From positions 24,982,443 through 25,041,058 of the forward strand of contig NC_068994.1 in the NCBI RefSeq assembly GCF_001194135.2: DNA of 58,616 bases. The letters run 5' to 3'. Shown one piece after another: positions 12,884 to 23,534 of this stretch. The notes under the pieces are model-generated. The model did not search any database, was not told where the DNA came from, and saw only the letters and a list, made by a program, of their open reading frames with translations. The position numbers were made by a program, and so were the translations under genes. This stretch comes from Octopus bimaculoides (Eukaryota). Each line of letters begins with the position of its first letter. The first letter of the stretch is position 1.

Positions 12884-13140
12884 CTTTAAATAAATAACGA
12901 AAATAGCAAAATATTAACTTTTTCCGAAAGTTGTCACGATTAAAAAAATGTTGATGCACACCCCCTGCAAAACACTGGGTGTTTCTAGACAAACATACTA
13001 TTGGCGCAGTCCAGACAATCTCAGAAATGTAATGTTAACAATAAAATGAAAACACGGGGCCTCAGAAGGTCGAAAAGATTACAAACACTATTTCAACTTA
13101 CGGAGCCTCAAATTTCTGTAGACTCTACATCATGGCGGCC

Positions 13141-13190
<50 letters not shown>
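13141..13190. repeat. (TAA)n tract abutting the Tx1 5' end
   Basis: Seen directly. Confidence 0.98.
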
Positions 13191-13191
<1 letters not shown>

Positions 13192-13195
13192 TAAA

Positions 13196-13290
13196 CTAGC
13201 TGGACCCGTGAAAAATTCACGGAAAACATAAAAAATGTAAGCACCTGTAAACAGTATACTGGTGCCATGAGAAATGTTTGCATATTATGA
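13196..13290 (-). mobile_element. Helitron 3' terminus
   Basis: The minus strand reads CCGTGAA-TTT-TTCACGG (hairpin), GTCCAG, CTAG|T, which is the canonical Helitron end. It is on the same strand as the helicase fragment at 14270-14910. Confidence 0.7.
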
Positions 13291-13294
13291 ACGT

Positions 13295-13440
13295 CTGTCT
13301 TTGGGTTCTGAGTTCAAATTCTACCGAGATCGACTTTACCGTTCGCCCTTCCGAGTCGATAAATTAAGTACTAGTTGTGTACTGGAGTCAATTTAATCAA
13401 CAGGCTCCCTCCCCACAAACATTTCAGGCCTAGAAAAGTT
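13295..13440 (+). mobile_element. SINE (family C), partial
   Basis: GGGTTCTGAGTTCAAATTCTACCGAG.TCGACTTTACC...GTCGATAAATTAAGTAC.AG...CCCCACAAA..TTTCAGGCC. Homologous to 49340-49578 and 53235-53385. Confidence 0.8.
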
Positions 13441-13619
13441 TATTGTGACAGTTAGAGAATATAGAAAGTAATGTAAGACCAATGACTATATAATCCAACC
13501 AAAATATCTCAGCTACACAAACGTAAACGGAATTACTATTTAACCTAAAAATACATCGAACATATTCAAAGAACCTTCTTGGTTTAGTGGTACGGAACGT
13601 TTTTCTGGTATTATTTTAT

Positions 13620-13810
13620 TCTTTTACTTGTTTCAGTCATTTGACGTGACCATGCTTGAGCACCACCCTTTAGTCGAAGAAATTGACCCTTGGACTTATT
13701 CCTTGTAAGCCTGGTGATTATTCTATCAGTCTCTTCTGCTGAACAGCTAAATTACAGGGACGCAAACGCACCAACGTCGGTTGTCAAGCAATGGTGGTGG
13801 TGGTGGGACA
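13620..13810 (-). mobile_element. SINE 3' half (family A)
   Basis: CTTGTTTCAGTCATTTGAC...ATGCTTGAGCACCACCCTTTAGTCGA...GGACTTATTC.TTGTAAGCC...GTTGTCAAGC, followed by (CA)n and a gap. Confidence 0.85.
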
Positions 13811-14269
13811 AACACAAACAAACACATACACACTCATACACACACACACACACACANNNNNNNNNNNNNNNNNNNNNNNNNNNNNNNNNNNNNNNNNNNN
13901 NNNNNNNNNNNNNNNNNNNNNNNNNNNNNNNNNNNNNNNNNNNNNNNNNNNNNNNNNNNNNNNNNNNNNNNNNNNNNNNNNNNNNNNNNNNNNNNNNNNN
14001 NNNNNNNNNNNNNNNNNNNNNNNNNNNNNNNNNNNNNNNNNNNNNNNNNNNNNNNNNNNNNNNNNNNNNNNNNNNNNNNAGTGGTGATGCTGGCTGGTGC
14101 GATTTTGTGGTGTGCTGGTATGCTGAGAGAGATCCAGCGGGCCCCTAAATGGTTCTCCGATCTTAAAGGTGTAATTTGGATGTGTAATGATGGAGTGGCT
14201 GGTGTGGTGGTGATGCTAGCTGGTGCAGTGGTCTTCCTTACAGTACTTCATGGTAGACAATATTTTGTG

Positions 14270-14910
14270 TGCATGTCACACCAAGTTTTTGGCCTTGTCT
14301 GTTATCCCAATCGAGTGTCATAACTCTTACTTTGATATTGTTCATAGCTCGTGCTCTTGAAAATGCGACATATGATTAGCCATGAAAAAATACCGGTTGA
14401 GGCAAATGCATTTCAACTTTTTCAAATGTTTGCCCTTGAGCCTTATTAATTGTCATTGAATATGCAAGTCGAAGTGGAAATTGAAGTCTGTTTAGTGTGA
14501 ATGGAATATTTGCATCACTTGGGCTAAGTTTAATTCTGGGAATTAGAACTGTACGACCTCTGTTGGAGCCTGTTACCAATGATGCCTCTACATAATGTTC
14601 ATGAAGTCTATGCACATTCATGCGAGTTCCATTAAATAATCCTTGACCGATCGAAAGATTTCTTAGCAGCATTATAATAGCCCCTACTTTTAAGTTGAGG
14701 CGATGAGGAGGCATACTGGATGGAGTGAGTTTATGGATAGTTCTGAACCTCCTCTTCATTATCTATGCTTAAGTACGTTTTAAGTGCCTCTGGTATAATA
14801 TTAAGAACTTTTTCATTTATTGCAAGACAGTCAGAATTTTTAGGAGATAAATTACTCGTTTTTCCATTTCTTCTGGCGTGCAATTGTTGAAAATTTCTGA
14901 GTACAAATTG
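14270..14910 (-). mobile_element. Helitron PIF1-like helicase C-terminal fragment
   Basis: PPHRLNLKVGAIIMLLRNL..QGLFNGTR; VLIPRIKLSP; RLQFPLRLAYSMTINKAQGQTF; PVFFHG, followed by a QLYVAFSR-like segment. Confidence 0.88.
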
Positions 14911-15059
14911 AAATGCAAAAGAACAAAATAATAAATGTATTTATGAATGAAAGTTTGGTAATTGCGTTTATTTCCACCACGTGACACTTATTATTGCAAA
15001 CATATTTAACTAATCTATATTATACACACACACACAAATACATTCATATATATGTCTCG

Positions 15060-15170
15060 AGTTGTAGCTGTAATTCAAAGGGGCTAGCTTTGTCATATTC
15101 TGTGTGAGGCTGAATCTCCCTGCGAACTACGTTAATGTTATGGATGCCATTTGTGAGTTAATTTTATTCT
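15060..15170 (+). mobile_element. Decayed internal fragment of SINE family B
   Basis: GTAATTCAAAGGG.CAGC.TTGTCA....TGTGT....TGAAT.TCCC.G.GAACTACGTTAA matches the reverse complement of 1350-1420. Confidence 0.6.
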
Positions 15171-15574
15171 CGTGTGGTAAGGAAAAGTGAAATTGACAGC
15201 CAATATTTGCTGTGCCTATGTATATCTATGGACATTTCTTTGGAGTTATAAATCTACTGTTTCTCTCACTTTCTCTCTTTCTCTCTCACTTCCATTGTAT
15301 CACTCTTCTCTCCCGCTTTTGATTAAACAATGTGTATATGTATTTATGTATTTATGATAAACACTTAAAAATACAAAACGAACGCCGTCACCACTCACTG
15401 TCTCATTCAATCTCTCTCTCTCTCTTTCTCTCTCTCTCTTTCTCACTTTCTCTCTCACTCTCTCACTTTCTTTCTTACGCCCTCTGTGAAACATTTAAAA
15501 CCACAAAACGAACGTTGTCACCACTCAGTCTCTTTAGCTCTCTCTCTCTCTCTTTCTCTCTCACTCTCTCACTT

Positions 15575-15615
<41 letters not shown>

Positions 15616-15722
15616 CGCTTACTTCCTCTCTGTCCTCTCTCTCGCTTTATCACTGCAAAGTAGTAATTGTGACACACACAACAGGTACGTACAAAAACAA
15701 AAAGTTAGCGTATTAATATTAC

Positions 15723-15811
15723 TGAAGAAGAAGAAGAAGAAGAAGAAGAAGAAGAAGAAGAAGAAGAAGAAGAAGAAGAAGAAGAAGAAGAAGAAGAAGA
15801 AGAAGAAGAAG

Positions 15812-15849
<38 letters not shown>

Positions 15850-15863
15850 CGACGACGACGACG
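15723..15863. repeat. Compound (AAG)n(AAC)n(GAC)n microsatellite, preceded by a (CT)n-rich tract with a short duplication (~15370-15405 and ~15497-15533)
   Basis: Seen directly. CAAAACGAACG..GTCACCACTCA occurs twice about 130 bp apart. Confidence 0.95.
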
Positions 15864-15907
15864 ACACAGACTATGGTGATGATAGTGTTGAAGGTGATGA
15901 TAATGAT

Positions 15908-16070
15908 GATTCCTTTTATTTGTCACCAGGGCGACAGAGGAAGAGAACAAAACAAAGACGGATATAAATTGTTGGGATTTACATAAAATCGAAATGATAT
16001 ATAAGCAAAAGAAAAGAAGTGCACATTAAAAAAAAGAAAACATTAAAAAGGCGATAGTGAAGCAAACACC
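15908..16070 (-). mobile_element. Solo 3' UTR of a Tx1-like LINE
   Basis: Minus strand CCGTCTTTGTTTTG...TCGCCCTGGTGACAAATAAAAGGAATCATCATT closely matches the 3' end at 8323-8390. Confidence 0.75.
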
Positions 16071-17094
16071 TAAATGATCTAAATTGGAAGTTGGCAGTGG
16101 TGAGTGGATAAGGAAAAGTGTAATTTTTTAATTGAACTAAGCTTTTTTTATATCACCTATCACTTAACGCATACATGTAAGTGCAATGATCGATCGTCTG
16201 CTCCACTGAGAATTGATATTTGTTCACAAAATATAGATGACAGACGATGTAAGCGAACAACAGAAATAATGAAACCGATTAGTCAATGACGCAATGAGAA
16301 GCAGAGGGTCGAAGCACTAGAACAAGGACGGGAGTATCAGCGTATAAAAGATATGAATCAAAGAGTATAGAGGAAGTATTTACAACAGATAAGGGGGTGT
16401 ATTCAAGCTAGAATATAAGATGTAAATCAGAGAGAACGGCAAGATTTAAAAAGCCTGTAAACATACGGTTGATAGTTACGTTAGTGATATGAATATTCTC
16501 TGTAATCATTGTGAAGCTCTTAGATTTATAAATAAACCTCTGAACTTCTGAGAGTACGGTAAATTCATGCTCTTTCAATTACAGCCTTATCCAGAAGAAC
16601 TAAAAGGCGTTTTTAAACCAAAAGTATGCAGAATATACAATTTATAAAGAAACGCTAATTTTCATTTTCAGGGAATTTCCACGGCTACTCCTAGTAATAA
16701 ATAAATAAGTGAATAATGGCGGTACCCCATCATGGCCTGGAACACGTAAATAATATAAGTGTACCATCTACAGCTATCTGATCACTAAGTTTATTTCACT
16801 TTAATTAAACAATTTATCGATATATCTTTTAAATTGTAGATCTTCATGACATTGTTTCATTGTTAAACATTTCGACTGCATCTGCGATTTGAACACGCAA
16901 ATGCAGAAAAATATAGACCTTCACCCCATTTTCTCTCATTCTGTTTCTCTCTCGCTTAGTTTCTCTCTGTCTCTCCTAATATATTTCTCCATATGAGCTA
17001 TTATCTTCCTTGGCCTAAGCTTAGTACGTGGACAAAATAAACAGAAATTCAGGAACGCGTAGTATAACATAATAGATAAATAACAAAAATAATA

Positions 17095-19950
17095 ATGATG
17101 ATTTCTTTTATTGGCCACTAGGGCGCAGGATGAAGCGGTCAATACAAAGACACACATAAAGTGTGGTATTTTACATGTGATGAAATGATAAACAAGGCAA
17201 TAAACATGGTATACAACAACAAAGAAGAGAAGTATACATAGCATACAATAAAAGAAAAGAAGAGAAAAAGGATGATAGTGATGTGGTCTTCCTGATACAG
17301 GGAGACCTCTACGGATAATCAAGGATCCTATTGTCCAAGATCTCCCTGGACAGCAAGGGCAAGTGCCCTCTCCAATTCATTTTTTTCCCGACTCACAGGT
17401 AAACAGAGTGGTACCATCCACTCTTGCCATTTTCACAGCTTCCACTCACCTTTCAATAAATTCCCCGAGGACAGCACCTCCCACTCCTCCCTCACTTACC
17501 TTTGCGAACGAAACTTGAAAAAGTCGATGAGAGATCAATCAAAGAGGGATATCTCTCTTTTGATCCTTTCAACCTCATGCACCAGACAACCTCTTTCACC
17601 ACAGTCACCAAGCAAAGGAAAACTGCATTGCCTGCCCGGTTGAAAGAGGGCGACGGGGCAATCATCGCTATGAACTCGAGCGACAGACGAATCCGTTCAC
17701 ATGCGACATCAGTTTTTTCGGCATATATCTACAAATCAGCAATGCCCGGAGAATGAAAGAGTTCGTGCAAGATGGTTTCGTCGCTCTGCGCGCGCTTTGG
17801 ACAAGCCTGTAGAGTTTATCCCGAACTGGCAGCGTCCCCACCCTCAGTAGCACTGTTATGCCTAGGACATCTGGAAGTTATCCATGGTGGCCCCTGATCG
17901 GAAAGTCCTCCAGAACAGACTAGCCTGTTCGTTTCCGTCGACGCCCAATGTCTCCCCGAGAACGTCATCGCACTCCCCCCACCACTAATCATCTATATAT
18001 TGCTAAAGTGGAACATCCATCCATCCCATTGCCTGACGACACAGTAGGTACCAAGCACTCAGGCTCGACTTTCCTTCACCCAGGACTGCAGCTCCGTCTA
18101 GCAGACGAGCTACGAAAAAACGTGCCTCACAAACGGAGCCCACACACTTTCACCGTCCAGAAATTGTTGCAGATAGCACAACCTTAGTGCATGTCTGCGC
18201 TTCAAAAGCCACTACATGCCTATGCTGCCACACTGGCAGAAGACTGACCATATGACCATTCGAACGCGTCCTTTCCACAAGAAATGAATGAGAGACACTC
18301 CAACCTAGTCAAGCAGTAACTGGGACAAGGCACGACAGTCAGGTAATAAATAAAGACAGAGGCGATGTAGGCATTCGCCACCGCTGCTGGACCTTTCAGG
18401 GATAGTTACCTCTCTGCCCATGTCTGGGTAAGACTAGCTACCCTGTTCGACACCTCGTCTCAGTTCTCATCCACCTGGAAGTCGGAACCGAAACAGACTC
18501 CTCGCAGTTTAACTTGTCCATCAGTCTAGCATCCTACGACGGCGTCCGATGACATTGACCTACCTTTCCAACTGTCCAGCCGCAAGCCCACCGACTTGTT
18601 AGCCTTGATTTTGGCCCCTGCAACCGACTCAAATTTCTTTAGAATAATGCTTAGCAGAGTTATGGGCTGAAACTTCCGCAGTACGTACCCAATTTCGGCG
18701 TTCCTTCTCAGCAGCATCACCACACCTCGGTTAACATCACAGGGTATTCTCCTATTTTACTGCCAGTTACGGTAGACGTCTGGCAAGAGGCGGCCAAACA
18801 AATCTAGCATGAACTCAGAATTCATAGGCCAGACCATCCAAACCGGGCGATTTGCAACTTGTGCAATCGCTCATCACCTGTATTTCAGTGACCGTTATCG
18901 GCTTTTCGTAGAATCCCGCGTCTGCTGCCGATAGGTGAGGCTGGTCGTTCACATAGGAACTAAAGTCCGTTACCTTCGTCGACATATCACTCTTCTTAAG
19001 CAGCTGCATGAAGTGCTGCTGGAACGCTACATGCTCCTACTCGGAACCAAGTAGCACGCACCCATCTCGATCCGTCAAAGACCTGATCGTGGTTTTGTTA
19101 CCACGTCGCGTCTCCACCGTTCGAGCCCATTGGACGGCTTTAGTTACTTCGGGCCTTAGCTCTGACGACGAAGTTTTCGTGTTTCACTTCGAAGAAATGG
19201 TCAAGGGCTACTCTCACTGCTAGTGTGTCGGTCACAGTGCCTTTACTAACCGTCTCTTCTAGTCTCCTAACTAGTTTTCCATCTAACCTATTTCTTTCTA
19301 CTGCTAACTCTTAGTTAATCGCTATTGATTCTACTCTAATCGTTCCCTTCAGGGCAATCCACAGTTGTTTTGCACACAGTTATTGTTATTGCTACTGTTG
19401 CCATTGATAACTGCATTCTTACTTTGGTTTTCGCTGTTGTTTTCGATCTTTTTCTTGCTCACGTTTTGTTGCTGACGCTGTTGTTCTTTCCGCAGTTGCT
19501 GCTGTTGTCTACAATGTCATTATTCTTGCTGTTGGTGTTGTTGTTGTTGCTGCTGCTGTTTATAGTTGTGCAGGTGTTGCTGTCGTCATAGCAAGACGAA
19601 ATTCCATTGCTGTGAGTCGATGAATTTATTTTAACTCCGGCCATGGCTACATTGGGAATTAAAACTGGGTTCACAGAAAGCTGTCCACTGTCGATTATTA
19701 TTATTTTGTCGTATTCCTACATTTTTTTTAGAACTGTAAAAATATACGAAATCTTTATTTTCATACAAATGTAAAATAAACAAAACTGAGTTACACCCTA
19801 AAATGGAGAAATGTTACCACCGCTATACAGATAACGTCAACAAAATGGTTATTACAAAATAATTGACTGAACGGACTTTAACCAGCCTAAACTTGATTAA
19901 ACTCATAAAACTTACGGAGCTCCACGTGTCCGTGTCTTTCCAATATGGAG
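17095..19950 (-). mobile_element. Internally deleted Tx1-like LINE retaining both ends
   Basis: 3' UTR at ~17095-17340. ORF2 remnants: LPVRDKLYRLV, KANKSVGLRLDSWKG, GVVMLLRRN...FQPITLL, CKSPGLDGLAYEF. Low-complexity ORF1-like remnant at 19370-19680. The 5' UTR motif GCTCCGTAAGTT at 19909-19920 is shared with 13095-13106. Confidence 0.72.
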
Positions 19951-19959
19951 TATTATTAT

Positions 19960-20520
19960 TAGTATTTAGTGAGAGAGCGGCGCATGTCATCGAAGTGACA
20001 CTGGGGTATAAATGTACGAAGCCCAATATACTCATCATGATTACCCGTCTGATAAGGGCGCACCAGGCTTATACGTCACAACCATATGTACGCGAAATAG
20101 TGATTTAATATCATGATAAACAGCGCATGACCTTGCAGGTGAGGCCTAGTTAAAATTTTATTCAGGTCGAGTAGCCCATCCCGCTCAGAAGGTCCTTGAA
20201 TAAGGTTTGTTAAGGACGTTGAACGAAGCAGCCATGTTTCAAGAGGTGAATTATTCAATCCCTAAAGAATTCCTCTCAACACATGGCCATGATACCCCAT
20301 CCCATTACTTCTGCTCATGATCAGAGGTGCATATATCGTCAACCACTATGGGACATGCTCAACTGGTTAAGGTCAAACAACAGACAAGCAAATCTGTGGT
20401 AATGAGTAGAATATTTGCTGTACCCTATCTTTTATACCAAGAGAAAACAATATACATAACACTTCCAATCAGTCAAGATCAGAAGCTATGATAGCCAGTG
20501 CCTGGTACTGCATCAGGGCA
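19960..20520 (-). mobile_element. ~560-bp TAA-tailed non-coding repeat (copy 2)
   Basis: Colinear with 23000-23530 along its whole length. The minus strand starts ATGCCCTGATGCAGTACCAGG and ends CTCTCTCACT(AAT)n-like. Confidence 0.88.
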
Positions 20521-20521
20521 T

Positions 20522-22550
20522 TTATTATTGTTATGATAATCCCAAACAGGTCTATCCACGACAACCTCCACCTTATGCGATACATCATAGAGAATGCTGT
20601 GACCAAAGCTGACTCTGTGGGTGCTCTGATCAATTTGGATCAATCGAAAGCATTTAATGGGATCGATCATCGTTTCTTAGAAGCCGTCCTGAAACCATGT
20701 GATTTCGGACCCGTTTTCAGAGGCAGGATTGTTGCAATATACTGCGGCACCTGTTTAGTGGTCTAAGTAAACGGTCACCTATCAGAATCTTTTAGCATTG
20801 CACGCTGGTCCGTCAGCGTTGCTCGCTGTCGCTTCTTCTGTACGTGTTGGCACTTGAACCACTGCTGCTGTAATTGGAACAGTTAAAGAGCATTCCCTTT
20901 CGAAATAGGACACGGAAGGGCAGTGTCGGCATAGGCGGACGATGTCACCGTCATAGTGTGGAGGCCTCCGAAGTGCAGACGGTCAGCACCATCCTAAAGA
21001 AATATGAGTCGATTGCAGAGGCTAAAAGCAACGCCAAGAAATCGGTGAGTTCACGGTTGGGCTCCTGGAAAGGCAGGTCGACGGCGTAGTCGGACGCTGG
21101 ATCGACGGACCTGTTAAACTGCTCGGGGTCTGGTTTCATCACGACATCCGGATTGGTAAGAACCGAGACAAGGTGGCGAACAGAGTGGCCAGTCGGTCGG
21201 GCAGAGGTAGCAAATGCCTACATCGCCTCCGTTATCATTTATCGCCTGACCGCCGTGCCTTGTCCCGGTTACTGCTTGACCAAGTTGGAGCACCTCATTT
21301 ATATTCTTGTACAAGGGACAGTCTTCTGCTAGCATCCACTGAGTGGCGGATTAGGTATGCCGTGGCTCCTAACACGCTCGTAGGTTACGCCACATGCAAC
21401 GATTTCTGGACGCTGAGTGTGTGTGAGCTCCGTTTGTGAGGCTAATCTTTTTGCAGCTCGTCTCTTTGGCGGAGCTGCAGTCCTGGGTGAAGAAAAGACC
21501 GAGACTGGGCGCCTGGCACCTAGAATATCATTAAGCAACCATAGCCTTGCACCAGTCGTGCAATTGGATCGGTGGATGTTCCGCTTTGGAAATTTATAGA
21601 GACTAGGAAGTGCGATGACGTTCTCAGGGAGTCTCTCGACGCCGACGAGAACGAAATAGCTAGTCTGTTCCGGGGGACTTTCCGGTCGGGAACTATCATG
21701 GATAATTTCCAGATGTTCTTGGCATGGCAGTGCTACCGGAGGGTGCTACCAGTTCGAGATAAACTCTACAGGTTATATGTGCTGTCCGAGGTGCTTGTCC
21801 GAGGTGCGAGCAGAGTGACGAAACCGTTCTGCACGCACTCGTTCAGTGTCTGGGCATTGCTGACTTGTGGGGTTATGCCGAACAGCTGCTGTCACGTGTG
21901 GGATTGACTGAGTCTGTAGTGATGATTGCCCTCCTTCAATTGGGCAGACAATACTGTTTTCCTTTGCCTCGTGGCTATGGGGAAAGAGGCTGTTTCGTGG
22001 ACAAGACTGAAAGGCATGAGATAAATACATTCCTCTTCGGCAGGGCTCTCATTAACTTCTTGAAGTGTCACTTGAAAAGGAAAGTGAGGGTGGAGAAGGA
22101 AGTGCTGTCCTCGAGTGAGTTTATTGAAAGGTGGGTGAAAGTTGCGAAAATGGCAAGACTGGATGGTACCTCTCTAAAAGTAGACCTCTGAGTCGGAGAG
22201 AAGGAATTGGAGAGGGCACTTGCTCTTGGCGTTCAGAGAAATCTCGGACAGTGGGGTTCCTCGATTATCTCTAGAGGTCATCCTGTATCAGGAGGGTTAC
22301 ATCTCTATCATCCTCCCACACCTTTATTTTTCTTTTAAACTTTTGTATACTATGTATATTTAACTTCTTTTTCATTGTATGCCGTAAATACTTATATTTT
22401 TTAAATTTATTTTATTTATATTTTTGCATTTTTGTTACTTATTTTATCTAATTATTTTATCATTTCATCATATGCAAACCCCATCACTTTATGTCCGTCT
22501 TTGTATTGTCCCACTCACCCTTCGCAGTGGGGCAAAGAAACGAAATTATT
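20522..22550 (+). mobile_element. 5'-truncated Tx1-like LINE (RT to 3' UTR)
   Basis: IPNRSIHDNLHLMRYII, LINLDQSKAFNGIDHRFLEAVL, AWQCYRRVLPVRDKLYR, HLKRKVRVEKEVL...ERWVKVA*. The 3' UTR ends CTTCGCAGTGGGGCAAAGAAACGAA(ATT)n. Confidence 0.85.
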
Positions 22551-22629
22551 ATCATTATTATTATTATTATTTTGTATGTGTATTTAGTGTGCAAGATTCT
22601 TGATGTGGATACGTGTGTTGAAAGAAATA

Positions 22630-22934
22630 CAATTAAATCTTGGGAGAGGCATTATGCCGGTAATAAACACACGCACTGGTTCAGTCCTTTATTAATTTAT
22701 ATAGTTTTTTGTTAAATTATTTCATTGCACTCTTGCAATCTCTTCAGTAACTTGTCTCTCCAGTTCCATTTATTTATTCAAAATAAAGAAAATATATGGA
22801 AGTGGAGAGACAAGTTACTGAAGAGATTGCAAGAGTGCAATGAAATAGTTTAACAAAAAACTATATAAATTAATAAAGGACTGAACCAGTGCGTGTGTTT
22901 ATTACCGGCATAATGCCTCTCCCAAGGTTTAATT

Positions 22935-22935
<1 letters not shown>
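22630..22935. mobile_element. 306-bp fold-back MITE with TA target duplication (Tc1/mariner-pogo type)
   Basis: TA|CAATTAAATCTTGG...CCAAGGTTTAATTG|TA. The arms (~22630-22769 and ~22796-22935) differ at 3 positions by my reading, with a ~26-bp spacer. Confidence 0.9.
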
Positions 22936-22986
<51 letters not shown>

Positions 22987-22999
22987 GATTATTATTATT
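22936..22999. repeat. (ATT)n tract, the tail of the adjacent 560-bp element
   Basis: Seen directly. Confidence 0.95.
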
Positions 23000-23530
23000 G
23001 AGTGAGAGAACAGTGCATGCTAACAAAGTGACACTGCGGTACGAAGCCCAGTATACCCATCTGATAAGAGTACACCTGGCACATGCATTTACAACATGTA
23101 CACGACATGGTGATTTCATGTCAAGATAAACATTGCATGACCTTGCAGGTGAGGCCCAGTTAAAATTTTTTTCAGATCGAGTAGCCCATCCTGCTCAAAA
23201 CAATTGAATAAAGGTCGTTTAAGGATGTTGAACAAAACATCTGTGTTTCCTGATGTAAATTATTCAAACTTCAAAGAATTACTCTCAACATATGGCTATG
23301 ACGCACCTTCACTTCTTCTGCTCGTAATCAGAGATGCATATATCGTTAGCCACTAAGGGAAATGCTCAACTGCTTAAGGTCAAACAACTGACAAGCAAAT
23401 TTGTGGTATTGAGCAGAATATTTGTTGTAACCCATCTTTTATACCAAAAGAAAACAATGTAAGTTATAACACTTCCAACCAGTTAAGATTAAAATCCATG
23501 AGAGCCAGTGTCTGGTACTGCATCATGGCA
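23000..23530 (-). mobile_element. ~560-bp TAA-tailed non-coding repeat (copy 3)
   Basis: Colinear with copy 2: GAGTGAGAGA.CAGTGCATG...ACCTTGCAGGTGAGGCC.AGTTAAAATTT...CTGGTACTGCATCA.GGCATTTA. Confidence 0.88.
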
Positions 23531-23534
23531 TTTA

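Larger units (their letters stand above)
8323..13140 (-). mobile_element. Full-length (~4.8 kb) but mutated Tx1/L1-clade LINE
   Basis: In order on the minus strand: ~255-bp 5' UTR; ORF1 from the ATG at 12883; ORF2 with APE, RT and a C-terminal Cys/His knuckle; 3' UTR ending GTGACAAATAAAAGAA(ATC)n. Confidence 0.88.

Noticed and set aside
15332-15967. Poly-K/N/D, poly-L, poly-S, YIYI and CVCV ORFs throughout the window
   Set aside because: They are translations of simple repeats.
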